Shown: piece after piece, positions 9,252-18,667 of the stretch
Layout: every line of letters starts with the position of its first letter
How positions within the stretch are numbered: position 1 is the stretch's first letter
From: Deinococcales bacterium
GTDB lineage: Bacteria; Deinococcota; Deinococci; Deinococcales; JAAFIG01
Direction: 5' to 3'
NCBI GenBank assembly: GCA_043778225.1
Contig: JAYWGM010000035.1
Location: forward strand, 1 to 31,496
DNA: 31,496 nt
Translations under genes and position numbers: made by a program
Notes under the pieces: generated by a model
Told to the model about the DNA's origin: nothing
The model's input: the letters and a program-made list of their open reading frames with translations, nothing else
Databases searched by the model: none

Positions 9252-9794
9252 TCAATTGACCTCGAGTGGTTTATTGGACTGTATCAAGGCAGTCTCGAGT
9301 TGCTGTATAGCATTGGCAAGTGCCTCACCTTGTTTGGTCAGCTTGTACTCGCGCTGCAAATGCCATACATACCCACCTTGCTTGAGGTCTTTTAAGGTCA
9401 TGGTTAAAGCCCTCGAGGTGATATTGGGTAACACTTCCAGCAATCTCGAGAAGCGAGTCTGTTGTTGTAATGCCTGAATCGTCGGCAATGCCCATTTGTT
9501 GAGTAAAGTGTCTTGTGGCTCGAGTTGCTGCATCAAGGTAAAAGCACTGGCGGCAAGCGCTTTGGTGTGGGCTGTGAGGATGTATTCGGGGCGGAGCGGA
9601 TGGGCATAAACTGTGTTGCGGGTAATCAGTTCTAGGGTTTGCATTTGATTCAAAGTGCGACTGAGTGAATCGCGGCTGAGTTGTAAGCGGTTAATCAGCG
9701 TCACAAATTTGCTACCACCGTTTTGGCGGTGCAATTCGGCTAGAATTGGCAGTATCCAGCGATGGTGGCAGAGTTCGATTAAATTGGTTTTCAT
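9252..9794 (-). CDS. Tandem HxlR-type winged-helix transcriptional regulator
   Basis: Two HxlR-like units: HRWILPIL...LSRTL...PLRPEYILT and NKWALP...RFSRL...ITSRALTMTLKDL...EYKLT. Divergent from the VOC gene. Confidence 0.85.
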   Translation of the reverse strand: MKTNLIELCHHRWILPILAELHRQNGGSKFVTLINRLQLSRDSLSRTLNQMQTLELITRNTVYAHPLRPEYILTAHTKALAASAFTLMQQLEPQDTLLNKWALPTIQALQQQTRFSRLLEVLPNITSRALTMTLKDLKQGGYVWHLQREYKLTKQGEALANAIQQLETALIQSNKPLEVN

Positions 9795-9947
9795 ACAGAA
9801 TTTATTTGTTGAATATGCTCTTGACAAAATCAAGTTTTTGTATAAAAATAGTACCACTAACAAACGAGGGTGTCAGCAAGGTGCATTGCTATTTAGAAAT
9901 AACTCAGCCTGCGTTTGCTATAAAAATCGTACCAAAAGGAGAACATC

Positions 9948-10343
9948 ATGTCCACAAAAAATCGTCTCGAGTCCCTTGGTTTCAAACCCAGCGTCGTTGC
10001 CTCCACCAATGTCAGCAATCTCGAGGAGAGTATCAAATGGTACTCGGAAAAACTTGGCTTTGAACTGATTTACAAAGTAGACGAAATTGCTTGGTGCGAA
10101 CTGACCAGCCCTGTACAAGGCGTAACGATTGGTTTATCACAAGTCGAAAGCCCAGAAACCAAAGGCACAGTGCTAACTTGGGAGGTCAGCGATGTTGCCC
10201 ACACCCGAGCCATGCTCGAGCAAGCAGGCGTGAAATTTGCAGGAGAAACCAGCACCATCCCCAACCTTGTTACCCTTGCAAGTTTTTATGACCCAGACGG
10301 CAATACTTATATGCTTTCAGAAACGCTGGCACAGCCTTCATAG
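9948..10343 (+). CDS. VOC/glyoxalase family protein
   Basis: RBS AAGGAG, with VSNLEESIKWYSEKLGF and FYDPDGN motifs. Confidence 0.92.
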   Translation: MSTKNRLESLGFKPSVVASTNVSNLEESIKWYSEKLGFELIYKVDEIAWCELTSPVQGVTIGLSQVESPETKGTVLTWEVSDVAHTRAMLEQAGVKFAGETSTIPNLVTLASFYDPDGNTYMLSETLAQPS

Positions 10344-13300
10344 TTACCAAGCCATTTTCTTCTTAATACCCATGCCTCGCTGACCTCGAGCCGACGTTTT
10401 TGGCAAAGCGCCAGATTGACCTCGAGCGGTTCGCCTTTTTGGACTACGCCAACTAAACTCGAGATAATCAGCTTGGCGGCTGCCAAATCCCCAACTTTTT
10501 CTAGGGCTTGTACCTCGAGCCAATGGTACAATTTGGGAGCATGAAGTCCGCGCCAATAGTTGCTTTCTTGGCGGATAAAAATAGCCTTTTTGGCGTGTTG
10601 GGCTGCCATTTCCCAATCGTTTAAGCCAACACAAGCGGCACACAGATTGGATTCAATATAATTAGCATAACGCTGCTCGTTTTTGAGTAATTCTGGAATA
10701 CGCCCACTTGCCTCGAGCAGTATATTTTTGGCTTCTAAGAAGCGTTTTTGCTCGAGCAGCATGATTGATTGGGCAAATTCAAATTCGATCGCAATACGAG
10801 CGGCGGCTTGGTGTCGTAGGTCAAAGGCTTGTTGGCATAGAGTCAAGGCTTCTTGGGACGCGCCAGTCTCGAGCAAAGGATACGCCAAATAGACGGCTGC
10901 CATACCCGTAAAAATCGGGTTGTCGTCTATTTGCTGCTTAATGCTCAGGGCGCGTCTGGCATCATCAATAGCCGCTTGGTAAAAACCGGTGTTGGTTCGA
11001 CAAAAAGCCAAATTCTCGAGGTAGTAGGCAGTGGTATCGCTGATTGGCTGTAACTCAAAGCGCTCGAGAATATCCTGCCAGTGCTGAGTAGCAATTTGCC
11101 AATCGCCACGAGATTGATAAGCGTCGGCAAGTGTCACCGTTGCCCAACGCTCATGGTCTGGGCTGAGTTTTTTGGCTCGAGTCAACAATTCAAGAATTGG
11201 TTCAACTGGGTAGTTATCGCCAGTCGTCAGGCGCTGATGGCGCAAATTGGACATGGCGGCTTCTATTAAGCCGATTGGATCGTTTAATTCTGTAAAAATC
11301 GCGCTGGCTTGAGCAAATAAATCCTGTATTTTTTCAACTTTGACTTGTGTCCAACTGTAGGTGTTGGCGACAAAAACCAAGGTGTGGGCTTTGAGTTTCA
11401 AATCACCCAGTTCTCGAGCCAATCCCAGCGCTTCTTGGGCTAAGTTGGCAGCCATGGCGGATGGTTCGTTTAAGGTCACATATAAATTTGATAACGAACC
11501 GTACAGGTGTCCGATTTCATCGGTGGTCAAGGTTAAACCAAGCGGCGTGTTGTCGGGGCGTTGGGTCAAAATACGTCTGGCAGCCTCGAGATGAAAAACC
11601 GCATCGCGCCACGCATAAATTCGTTTGGCATCATCGGCTGCCGCCACCGAAAAGCGCACCGCCAAAAGCCACGCCCGAGCCCCATACGCATGACCCGCCC
11701 GTTGGGCGGCACTGCCAGAAACTCGAGTCAATGCCAGTTGTTGCAAAGCCTGTAAGCGTGGCGCACTGAGGCGCTGCAAAGCGGTTTCACGCAGTTTATC
11801 GTGCGAAAAGGTGTATTTGACCAGACCCAATCCAAGCGCGGGTAACTCGAGCAGCACCCGAGCGCGAAGGCATTCCTCGAGTGCCAGCAGCAAATCTGGC
11901 TCGAGGATTTGTGCCACCTTAGCGGCATCGGCAAAGCTAAACCCCTGCCCCAAGACCGCTCCAGCCTCGAGTAAAGTCCGTGCTGCTTTGCTTAAACGGG
12001 CAAACCGAGCCTCGATGACAGTGCGAACCCCGGGGGCGGTCTGTTGGTCGCCAAGTTGGACTGTCCAGCCATCGCGGTTGGCTAACAATGCCCCACTTTC
12101 CGAAAGACTCCGCAGGGTCTCGGCGATGTACAAAGGCTGCCCACTGGTTTCTTGGTACAACCAATCCAAAAGCGCGGCGGGCGGCACACCGACATCCTCG
12201 AGTAAACGCAAGGTTTCATCCCTAGAAAAAGCCTCGAGTGATAATTGCTCAAGCGGCATATCTCGAGCTAAACTGCCCAGCCACGTTTGTAACCCGAGCA
12301 GTGCTTCACTACGAACTGTCACCAGCAGTAAAATTGGAGTTTTCTCGAGCGCGGCGCGGCGCAAGGTAAACAACAAAACCTCGAGCGAAGCCGCATCTGC
12401 CCATTGGGCATCGTCGAGTAACCAAATCAGATGCCCCAACCGAGATGATAACTTGACCACCGCTTCAAAAATCCTCGAGCGCCCAAGCGATTCATCCGAA
12501 ACAGGCAAAGGTAAATTGGCGATGTCCAACAATTCAGGCAGTAACCGCGCCAATTCTGCCAACCAAACAGGCGAAAGCAAGGTCTCGAGGTTGGGTATAC
12601 GGCGCAGCGCATCGGCAATACACTGATACGCCAGTGCCGCTCCTTCAAACGCCCGAGCCGAAAGAACGGTTGCATCTCGAGCCGCTGCCCATGCCAAAAA
12701 CTCTTGCGCCAAACGGGTTTTACCAATGCCTGGTTCGCCCGTCAAAACCACCACACTGGGTGTTTGCTGGGCGCTGCTGTAAAAGGCAGCCACAAGGCGC
12801 TGAAATTCTGAGACCCGTCCAACCAGCCTTGACTCGAGCAGCAAACTTGGCAGACTTGGCATCCGCCCAACCCGTGGCTCGAGTTGCAAGGCATCTGCCA
12901 TTGCCAAGATTTCTGGACTTGGCAAAATCCCTAATTCGGCTTGGATGCGTGCTTTGAATCCTAAAAAAAGCTCAAGCGCCCTTGAGCGCTGTCCAGCTTC
13001 GGCTAAAAAACGTAACAACGCCAAATGCGCCACTTCGGACCATGGCTCGAGCTTCGCCCACTGGAGCAAAACCGCCTCGTTTGGTTCAGCTATCTCGAGG
13101 CTTTTTAGGGCAGCTTCTAAAACCTGTCTGCGGGCTGCCTCGAGCCAATTTTCGGCTTCGGGTGCATCGATTCCATCCAGCAGTTGACCACGATAATTGA
13201 GCGCTGCCTCGAGCGAACCCTGCAACACCAAAAGGGTATCGCAACGAAAATCGGTCAGCCAAACATGATTTCGGTCAGCTTGGAGTGTGCTGCCTAAGCT

Positions 13301-13504
13301 GTAGCGTAAACTCGATAAGGCATTGCGTAAACTGTTTTTGGCTTCTTTTGAATCTGCCCAGAGCAACAATGCCAAACGCTCCCGAGTAACCCGCCCCTCG
13401 AGCGCCAAGATGCACAGCAGGACCAAGGCTTTACGGGTTTTGAGGCGCACCTCGAGACCAGCCAACCTCACCACAGGACTACCTAAAAACATCAACTCGA
13501 GCAT
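10307..13504 (-). CDS. SARP-like wHTH-BTAD + AAA/STAND NTPase + TPR transcriptional regulator
   Basis: N-terminal KALVLL...TRERLALLLW...SLRNALSSLR, BTAD (LEPWSEVAH...ELGILPS), Walker A GEPGIGKT, LLDDAQWAD, TSGQPLYI, FSHDKLRE and a helical repeat C-terminus. Confidence 0.9.
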   Translation of the reverse strand: MLELMFLGSPVVRLAGLEVRLKTRKALVLLCILALEGRVTRERLALLLWADSKEAKNSLRNALSSLRYSLGSTLQADRNHVWLTDFRCDTLLVLQGSLEAALNYRGQLLDGIDAPEAENWLEAARRQVLEAALKSLEIAEPNEAVLLQWAKLEPWSEVAHLALLRFLAEAGQRSRALELFLGFKARIQAELGILPSPEILAMADALQLEPRVGRMPSLPSLLLESRLVGRVSEFQRLVAAFYSSAQQTPSVVVLTGEPGIGKTRLAQEFLAWAAARDATVLSARAFEGAALAYQCIADALRRIPNLETLLSPVWLAELARLLPELLDIANLPLPVSDESLGRSRIFEAVVKLSSRLGHLIWLLDDAQWADAASLEVLLFTLRRAALEKTPILLLVTVRSEALLGLQTWLGSLARDMPLEQLSLEAFSRDETLRLLEDVGVPPAALLDWLYQETSGQPLYIAETLRSLSESGALLANRDGWTVQLGDQQTAPGVRTVIEARFARLSKAARTLLEAGAVLGQGFSFADAAKVAQILEPDLLLALEECLRARVLLELPALGLGLVKYTFSHDKLRETALQRLSAPRLQALQQLALTRVSGSAAQRAGHAYGARAWLLAVRFSVAAADDAKRIYAWRDAVFHLEAARRILTQRPDNTPLGLTLTTDEIGHLYGSLSNLYVTLNEPSAMAANLAQEALGLARELGDLKLKAHTLVFVANTYSWTQVKVEKIQDLFAQASAIFTELNDPIGLIEAAMSNLRHQRLTTGDNYPVEPILELLTRAKKLSPDHERWATVTLADAYQSRGDWQIATQHWQDILERFELQPISDTTAYYLENLAFCRTNTGFYQAAIDDARRALSIKQQIDDNPIFTGMAAVYLAYPLLETGASQEALTLCQQAFDLRHQAAARIAIEFEFAQSIMLLEQKRFLEAKNILLEASGRIPELLKNEQRYANYIESNLCAACVGLNDWEMAAQHAKKAIFIRQESNYWRGLHAPKLYHWLEVQALEKVGDLAAAKLIISSLVGVVQKGEPLEVNLALCQKRRLEVSEAWVLRRKWLGNYEGCASVSESI

Positions 13505-13590
13505 GGCAAATTATACGCAACTCAAAGCACCAAAAAATTTAACGATTGATTTAACGCTTTGTTATTGGTGGCTTTGTACAGTCTGTCTTA

Positions 13591-13636
13591 GCGCTTAACT
13601 CGGTGAACCTCCGTGAGCCGAGTTGAGTGCAGGAGG
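13591..13636 (+). promoter_or_regulatory. 5' leader hairpin abutting the RBS
   Basis: 13-bp stem 13591-13603/13618-13630 with two G-U pairs, CCTCC in the loop and AGGAGG at 13631-13636. Confidence 0.55.
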
Positions 13637-13641
13637 AAATC

Positions 13642-13827
13642 ATGACTGACCTGAATATGTTTCGTGCCGTAGCGCAAAGCCGCCAAATTATCGAAGAAGA
13701 ATTTGTACCACGTTTGCCACCCAGATTGGCTTTAGAAGTGATTGGCACTACGCCAAAAGGGATAAGCGCCACACCATCGAGAGGTGTAAAAATCCGTGAT
13801 ACACCTCGAGTACAGCGTCAGTATTGA
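13642..13827 (+). CDS. Small hypothetical protein (61 aa)
   Basis: Perfect AGGAGG 5 nt before ATG 13642, divergent from the BTAD regulator. No recognised domain. Confidence 0.55.
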   Translation: MTDLNMFRAVAQSRQIIEEEFVPRLPPRLALEVIGTTPKGISATPSRGVKIRDTPRVQRQY

Positions 13828-14321
13828 ACCGTAGGATGAGCCAGTACATGGACAGAAGTGTGTGTGGTATCTCGAGCAATTGGGGCAAGCAGAACTTCTC
13901 GAGGGCTTAAACCAACCGCTGTAGCCTGTTGCTCGAGTTGTCCATAAGCTGCCTCAGACAAGAGTATGCAGCGTTGGGCGGCTGGTGTGATGGGTACAAG
14001 TTCGCCGTTTATTTCTAAACCCATCACCAATTTTGCACCAGTGGTCTGGCAAAGCTGTAGCAACGTCTCGAGGGTGTGGTTATGGTCTATTTTTTCCCAT
14101 TTAGAGACCAGACTTTGACGCACTCCAAGTTCGCTGGCAAGGCTGGTTTGGGTGTGTCCAGAGGCTTCTCGAGCTTGGGTTAGGGCAACAGCGAGGTTAT
14201 ATTTAATTTCTTCTTCAGCAGCAATGGCTCGGTTTTTTGGGGTATCTGGCAGAATACTGTCTAACCACTCGAGGACGTTTAGGGTATTTGCCCCAATGGG
14301 CAAAGTTTTTTTAGGCTTCAT
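13818..14321 (-). CDS. XRE-family HTH protein, HigA-like antitoxin
   Basis: LTQAREASGHTQTSLASELGVRQSLVSKWE...TLETL HTH. Starts 3 nt after the upstream relic ORF stop. Confidence 0.85.
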   Translation of the reverse strand: MKPKKTLPIGANTLNVLEWLDSILPDTPKNRAIAAEEEIKYNLAVALTQAREASGHTQTSLASELGVRQSLVSKWEKIDHNHTLETLLQLCQTTGAKLVMGLEINGELVPITPAAQRCILLSEAAYGQLEQQATAVGLSPREVLLAPIARDTTHTSVHVLAHPTVQY

Positions 14322-14324
14322 CAG

Positions 14325-14507
14325 TCACCTTTTTTTCTTTTTTGGTTCGGGTTTGACTTGCTTGGCAGCTTCTTCGGCTTCTTTTTCGAGTCGCGTTTCG
14401 AGTTCTTTTTTTCTGCGTCGTGCGATAATTTTTTCGGATTCTGGTACTTTATCATGAGTCGTCTTTGATGATTTTGTTAAACTAAGAATCCCTGACACAT
14501 TCGACAC
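14325..14507 (-). pseudogene. Probable C-terminal remnant of a HigB/Gp49 (RelE-like) toxin
   Basis: KTTHDKVPESEKIIARRRKKELE resembles the KKT.KTP..EI..A..R tail of HigB/Gp49 toxins and sits directly upstream of the XRE gene. The N-terminal nuclease core is absent. Confidence 0.55.
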
Positions 14508-14533
14508 ACTTATTCTGTCAGAATGCCAAAATC

Positions 14534-16408
14534 ATGCCCTCTTTTACTTCTTCACGCGAACGCTCTTGGCTGGCTTTCAATCGTCGGGTGCTGCTGCAAA
14601 CCACCCGTGCCGATATTCCATTGCTCGAGCGAGTGCGTTTTTTTAGTATTTTTCAAAATAACCTCGACGAGTTTTTTACGGCTCGAGCGCAAGCCAGTCA
14701 GCAAATTGCCAAAGCGCCCAAAGCCAGTTTGGATGAGAAAAAAATTTACTTGGATTACCTAGCCGCCGCCCAAGAACAACAAGCCAAAGCCCTGACCCTG
14801 CTTGAACCTGTGCTGACCGAGTTGCACCAAGCAGGGATTCATCTGCTCGAGCCAACTGATTTAACCGCCGATGAACAAAATTACTTTGGCGCGTATTTAG
14901 CAGAAAGCATTGCTCCAGCCACCGATGTGTTGCCGCCCGAAAGCCTAAGCGCCCTAGACTCAAGGGCGTTGTACCTCGCAGCTGGACTCGAGACCTTAGA
15001 AGCAATTATTCGTGTTCCAGATCGTCTGGCGCACTTTATTGCTGTCCCCGGACGGGAAAACAGTTTTGTGCGCCTAGAAACTTTAATGCAGTGGCGCAAC
15101 GACCTGTTTTTACCCGAAGCCCGCCCGATGTTCGCCTTGCGCTTAACCCGCCGCGCCAACATCGAACTTAAAGGGCAAATAGACTGGGAAGATGTAGCTC
15201 ATGCGCTCGAGAGCCGCCTCGATGGTGGAGTCAGTCGGCTTGAAGTCCAGACTGGTTTCCCGTGGCTCGAGACGGTACAAAAAACCTTGGGCTTATGGCA
15301 GGAAGAAATAAGTAGCGCCACCATGCTCGATTTACGCTGCTTTGACACGATTGCCAATTTAGCTATTGCAAGCCTTAAATACCAGCCATTTGTGCAGCGC
15401 AAGCGCACCAAGTTTCACACCCACCCATTTGGATTTATCGAAAAGCAAGACATGGCGCTGTATCACCCATCGGACGATTACAACACGGTGGTGCATTTTG
15501 TGATGGCAGCCGCCATAGACCCCGAAGTGGATAAAATTCGTGCCACCCTTTACCGACTGGGGCGCGATAACCCGATTGCCGAAGCCCTTTTAACAGCCGC
15601 TAAAAACGGCAAAGATGTGGCGGTTTTTCTCGAGGGACGAGCGCGGTTCGATGAACTTGCCAACCTCTACTGGTCATTGCGTTTTCGGGCTGGTGGGGTG
15701 CGGGTTCTGCCTTACCCACAAGACCTCAAAGTTCATGCCAAGGCTTTGTATGTGCGCCGCAAAGGCAAAGGCTTTGTGCATCTTGGCACAGGCAACTACA
15801 ACCCAGCCACAGGTAAACTCTATACTGATTTAAGCCTTTTATCTGCCAGTAAACGCCTGACCAAAGATGCTTTAGAATTTTTTACAGCTCTTGAAGAAAG
15901 CCGTTTGCCAAAACTCGAGTGGATGAAAGTTGGCATTCAAGCTCGAGAAACCCTGATTGGCAGAATTCTCGAGGAAGCCCACCCAACTGGGCATATCATT
16001 CTAAAACTGAATCACCTAACCGACCCAAGTGTCCTAGAATCGCTCGAGCAAGCTGCCCAAGCTGGGGCAAAAGTCGAATTGATTATTCGCAGTACGCTGA
16101 CCTTAATTCACCCCAAATTTAAGGCGCGAAGTCTGGTTGGGCGCTTTTTAGAACACGCCCGAATTGCTGCCTTTAAGCGCAATGGTGATTGGGAAGTTTG
16201 GGCGGGCAGTGCCGACTGGATGCCGCGCAACTTTGAAAAACGACTCGAGCTTGTTTTCCCAATTCTTGACAAAACCGTCCGAACACGGGTGCTAAAACTT
16301 TTACGCGCCCAACTCGAGGATGATGTCAATGCTTTTACCTTGACTGCCAAAGGTACAGAAAAAGCACTTTGGGGTGGCACAAAGGATTCGCAGAAACTGA
16401 GGCTCTAA
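14534..16408 (+). CDS. ppk1: Polyphosphate kinase 1
   Basis: RERSWLAFNRRVL, ERVRF..IFQNNLDEFF, ARFDE, KVHAK (phospho-His), HLGTGNYN, SLVGRFLEHARI and GSADWMPRN motifs. Confidence 0.92.
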   Translation: MPSFTSSRERSWLAFNRRVLLQTTRADIPLLERVRFFSIFQNNLDEFFTARAQASQQIAKAPKASLDEKKIYLDYLAAAQEQQAKALTLLEPVLTELHQAGIHLLEPTDLTADEQNYFGAYLAESIAPATDVLPPESLSALDSRALYLAAGLETLEAIIRVPDRLAHFIAVPGRENSFVRLETLMQWRNDLFLPEARPMFALRLTRRANIELKGQIDWEDVAHALESRLDGGVSRLEVQTGFPWLETVQKTLGLWQEEISSATMLDLRCFDTIANLAIASLKYQPFVQRKRTKFHTHPFGFIEKQDMALYHPSDDYNTVVHFVMAAAIDPEVDKIRATLYRLGRDNPIAEALLTAAKNGKDVAVFLEGRARFDELANLYWSLRFRAGGVRVLPYPQDLKVHAKALYVRRKGKGFVHLGTGNYNPATGKLYTDLSLLSASKRLTKDALEFFTALEESRLPKLEWMKVGIQARETLIGRILEEAHPTGHIILKLNHLTDPSVLESLEQAAQAGAKVELIIRSTLTLIHPKFKARSLVGRFLEHARIAAFKRNGDWEVWAGSADWMPRNFEKRLELVFPILDKTVRTRVLKLLRAQLEDDVNAFTLTAKGTEKALWGGTKDSQKLRL

Positions 16409-16430
16409 AAAAGCCCCCAAATTTGGGGGC
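16407..16430 (-). terminator. Intrinsic terminator for the SRPBCC gene
   Basis: Palindrome GCCCCCAAATTTGGGGGC (16413-16430) preceded by an A-run on plus, giving a U-tract on minus. Confidence 0.8.
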
Positions 16431-16435
16431 GAGGC

Positions 16436-16882
16436 TTAGCTGCCAGCTTCGATTTTACTTTTAATCGTCTCGAGACCTTTGTCAAAGTCGTTTTGTGGAA
16501 AACCAAAAGCATTCATCGTTTCGGCAACTTTATTGGCAATCGCGTTGGGCAAACTGTAGCTAAAAATCAGTTGCACATGGGTTGCGCCGCCTTCTTCCTT
16601 AAAGCTCAGGCTGCCCTCGCTTTTGACCGACTCAGCCTCGTTTTCGTCGTGGATGCTGTTCCATTTAATCAATTCGTTTTCGATGCTTTGGGTGGTTTTG
16701 GCATCAAATTCGACCTTGGTACGCAATGGTCCACGCACCACCCAATGGCTGGTGTCGTCGCCAGTGCGCTTGATGGATTCGACACTGCCGATAAACTCGG
16801 CAAAATTCTCAAAGTTCTGCCAGAATTTGTACACTTGACCAATTGGGGCGTGAATAGCAATGGACTTGTCAATCGTAATCAT
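16436..16882 (-). CDS. SRPBCC (polyketide cyclase/dehydrase-like) protein
   Basis: RBS GGAGG with ATG 16882. Motifs KSIAIHAPIGQVYKFWQNFENF...SHWVVRGP...IKWNS. Confidence 0.88.
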   Translation of the reverse strand: MITIDKSIAIHAPIGQVYKFWQNFENFAEFIGSVESIKRTGDDTSHWVVRGPLRTKVEFDAKTTQSIENELIKWNSIHDENEAESVKSEGSLSFKEEGGATHVQLIFSYSLPNAIANKVAETMNAFGFPQNDFDKGLETIKSKIEAGS

Positions 16883-17093
16883 AAAACCTCCACTCGAGTT
16901 GTTGCGGCTCGAGCCTAGAAAACTCCGACTGCTGGTTTTGGGAGTGGTCGCCACCAAGACCTGATTACTGCGAAGCCCGCAGAGCAATTGAAAACGCAAC
17001 CATCATATTTTGATGACTGTTTCACCACAATAAACAGCCTTACAAAAAACCAGTGAACCCAACTACGAAGACCAAAATTTGGTAGCATGAGGT

Positions 17094-17573
17094 GTGAATC
17101 CGCTTGTTGGCATCATCATGGGCAGCAAATCCGACCTCGAGACGATGCAGTACAGCGCCGATACACTGCGCGACCTAGAGATTCCTTTTGAAATGCGGGT
17201 CGTCAGCGCCCATCGTACCCCAGATTTACTCTTTGAGTACGCCAAAAGTGCCGAAGCTCGAGGCTTAGAAGTGATTGTGGCTGGGGCGGGTGGTGCAGCC
17301 CATTTGCCCGGCATGGCTGCCAGTCAGACGGTGCTGCCCGTGTTGGGTGTGCCAGTGCAAAGTAAAGCCCTCAACGGCTTAGATAGCTTACTGAGTATTG
17401 TCCAGATGCCAGCAGGTATTCCAGTGGCGACGCTTGCGATTGGACGGGCTGGAGCAGTTAATGCCGCACTTTTGGCGGCGGCGATTCTTGGCAATAAATA
17501 CCCAGAGACTCGAGCCAAGCTGCATTTGTACCGCCAGCAACAAACCCAAAAGGTACTCGAGGCTTGGCTGTGA
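17094..17573 (+). CDS. purE: N5-carboxyaminoimidazole ribonucleotide mutase
   Basis: [28 protein letters not shown] and [13 protein letters not shown] motifs. Confidence 0.97.
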   Translation: MNPLVGIIMGSKSDLETMQYSADTLRDLEIPFEMRVVSAHRTPDLLFEYAKSAEARGLEVIVAGAGGAAHLPGMAASQTVLPVLGVPVQSKALNGLDSLLSIVQMPAGIPVATLAIGRAGAVNAALLAAAILGNKYPETRAKLHLYRQQQTQKVLEAWL

Positions 17574-18664
17574 TTTTGCCAAACAGCACGATTGGTATTC
17601 TGGGCGGTGGACAATTAGCACGGATGCTGGCGTTGGCTGCTAAACCGATGGGTTATCACGTCGTGGCACTCGACCCAGACCCCGATTGCCCCGCCTCGAG
17701 CGTGGTGGATGAAGTGATTGTTGGTGGTTTTAACGACCCCAATAGCTTTGCCCAACTGGCTCAGGTCTGTGATGTCGTGACGCTCGAGTTTGAAAATGTA
17801 GCAGGCGAACATTTAGCCTTGCTCGAGAAAAGTGTGCCGCTTCGCCCGAGCCGAAAAATCCTTGAAATCAGTTGCAACAGAATCCTCGAGAAAACTTTTA
17901 TTGCCAAAGCCGGTGGGCGTTGTGCGCCGTTCCAAGCGATTTATACCTCTAGCGACCTCGAGAATGCCCGTTACCCGGCGATTCTTAAAACCGCCACCCA
18001 AGGCTACGATGGCAAAGGGCAAGCCAAAGTCTATACCCAACTCGAGGCGTTGCGGGCGTTTGAACGCTTTGGGTCTGTGCCGTGTGTCCTTGAGGGAATC
18101 GTGGATTTTTTTCTCGAGATTAGCGTCATTGTGGCGCGTTCTGGTCACCAAACCAAATGTTTTCCAGTCTTTGAAAACCAACACCAAAACGGCATTTTAG
18201 ACATCACCATTGTGCCAGCCAGAATCCCCGAAGAAACCCAAGAAAAAGCCAAAGAAATCGCCGTAAAACTTGCCACGAGCCTTGGGTTACATGGCTTACT
18301 GTGTGTCGAAATGTTTGTCACCAACAACCGCCAAATTTTGGTCAATGAAATCGCGCCGCGCCCGCACAACAGTGGTCATGTCTCGATCGAAGCCAGTCTC
18401 ACCAGCCAGTTTGAACAAGCTGTGCGTGCCATCTGCGATTTACCATTGGGCAGTTCCGCTTTACACTCAAGCGGTGCAATGGCAAATTTACTTGGCGACC
18501 TCTGGGAAAACGGCGAACCGAACTGGCAAGCAGCGCTTGAGACAGGCGCAAAACTGCACCTTTACCAAAAGCACGAGGCTCGAGCCGGACGTAAAATGGG
18601 GCATTTAACTGCACTGGGTGAAAACGCCCTCGAGACCGTCAAAGCTGCCCGAGCCGCCTTATAA
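17570..18664 (+). CDS. purK: N5-carboxyaminoimidazole ribonucleotide synthase
   Basis: GTGA overlap with purE. Motifs [34 protein letters not shown] and GRKMGH. Confidence 0.96.
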   Translation: MILPNSTIGILGGGQLARMLALAAKPMGYHVVALDPDPDCPASSVVDEVIVGGFNDPNSFAQLAQVCDVVTLEFENVAGEHLALLEKSVPLRPSRKILEISCNRILEKTFIAKAGGRCAPFQAIYTSSDLENARYPAILKTATQGYDGKGQAKVYTQLEALRAFERFGSVPCVLEGIVDFFLEISVIVARSGHQTKCFPVFENQHQNGILDITIVPARIPEETQEKAKEIAVKLATSLGLHGLLCVEMFVTNNRQILVNEIAPRPHNSGHVSIEASLTSQFEQAVRAICDLPLGSSALHSSGAMANLLGDLWENGEPNWQAALETGAKLHLYQKHEARAGRKMGHLTALGENALETVKAARAAL

Positions 18665-18667
18665 AAA

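Noticed and set aside
11811..12626. Long antisense ORFs (this one, also 8414-9019, 30771-31496 and 25639-26001)
   Set aside because: They are shadows of well-supported genes on the opposite strand and show no motifs.
13591..13636. SRP RNA (ffs), suggested by GGTGAACC
   Set aside because: The conserved CAGG...GGAA...AGCAG domain IV is missing.
16883..17093. Purine or ZTP riboswitch upstream of purE
   Set aside because: No recognisable consensus, and purE appears leaderless (TAGCAT 5 nt before GTG).
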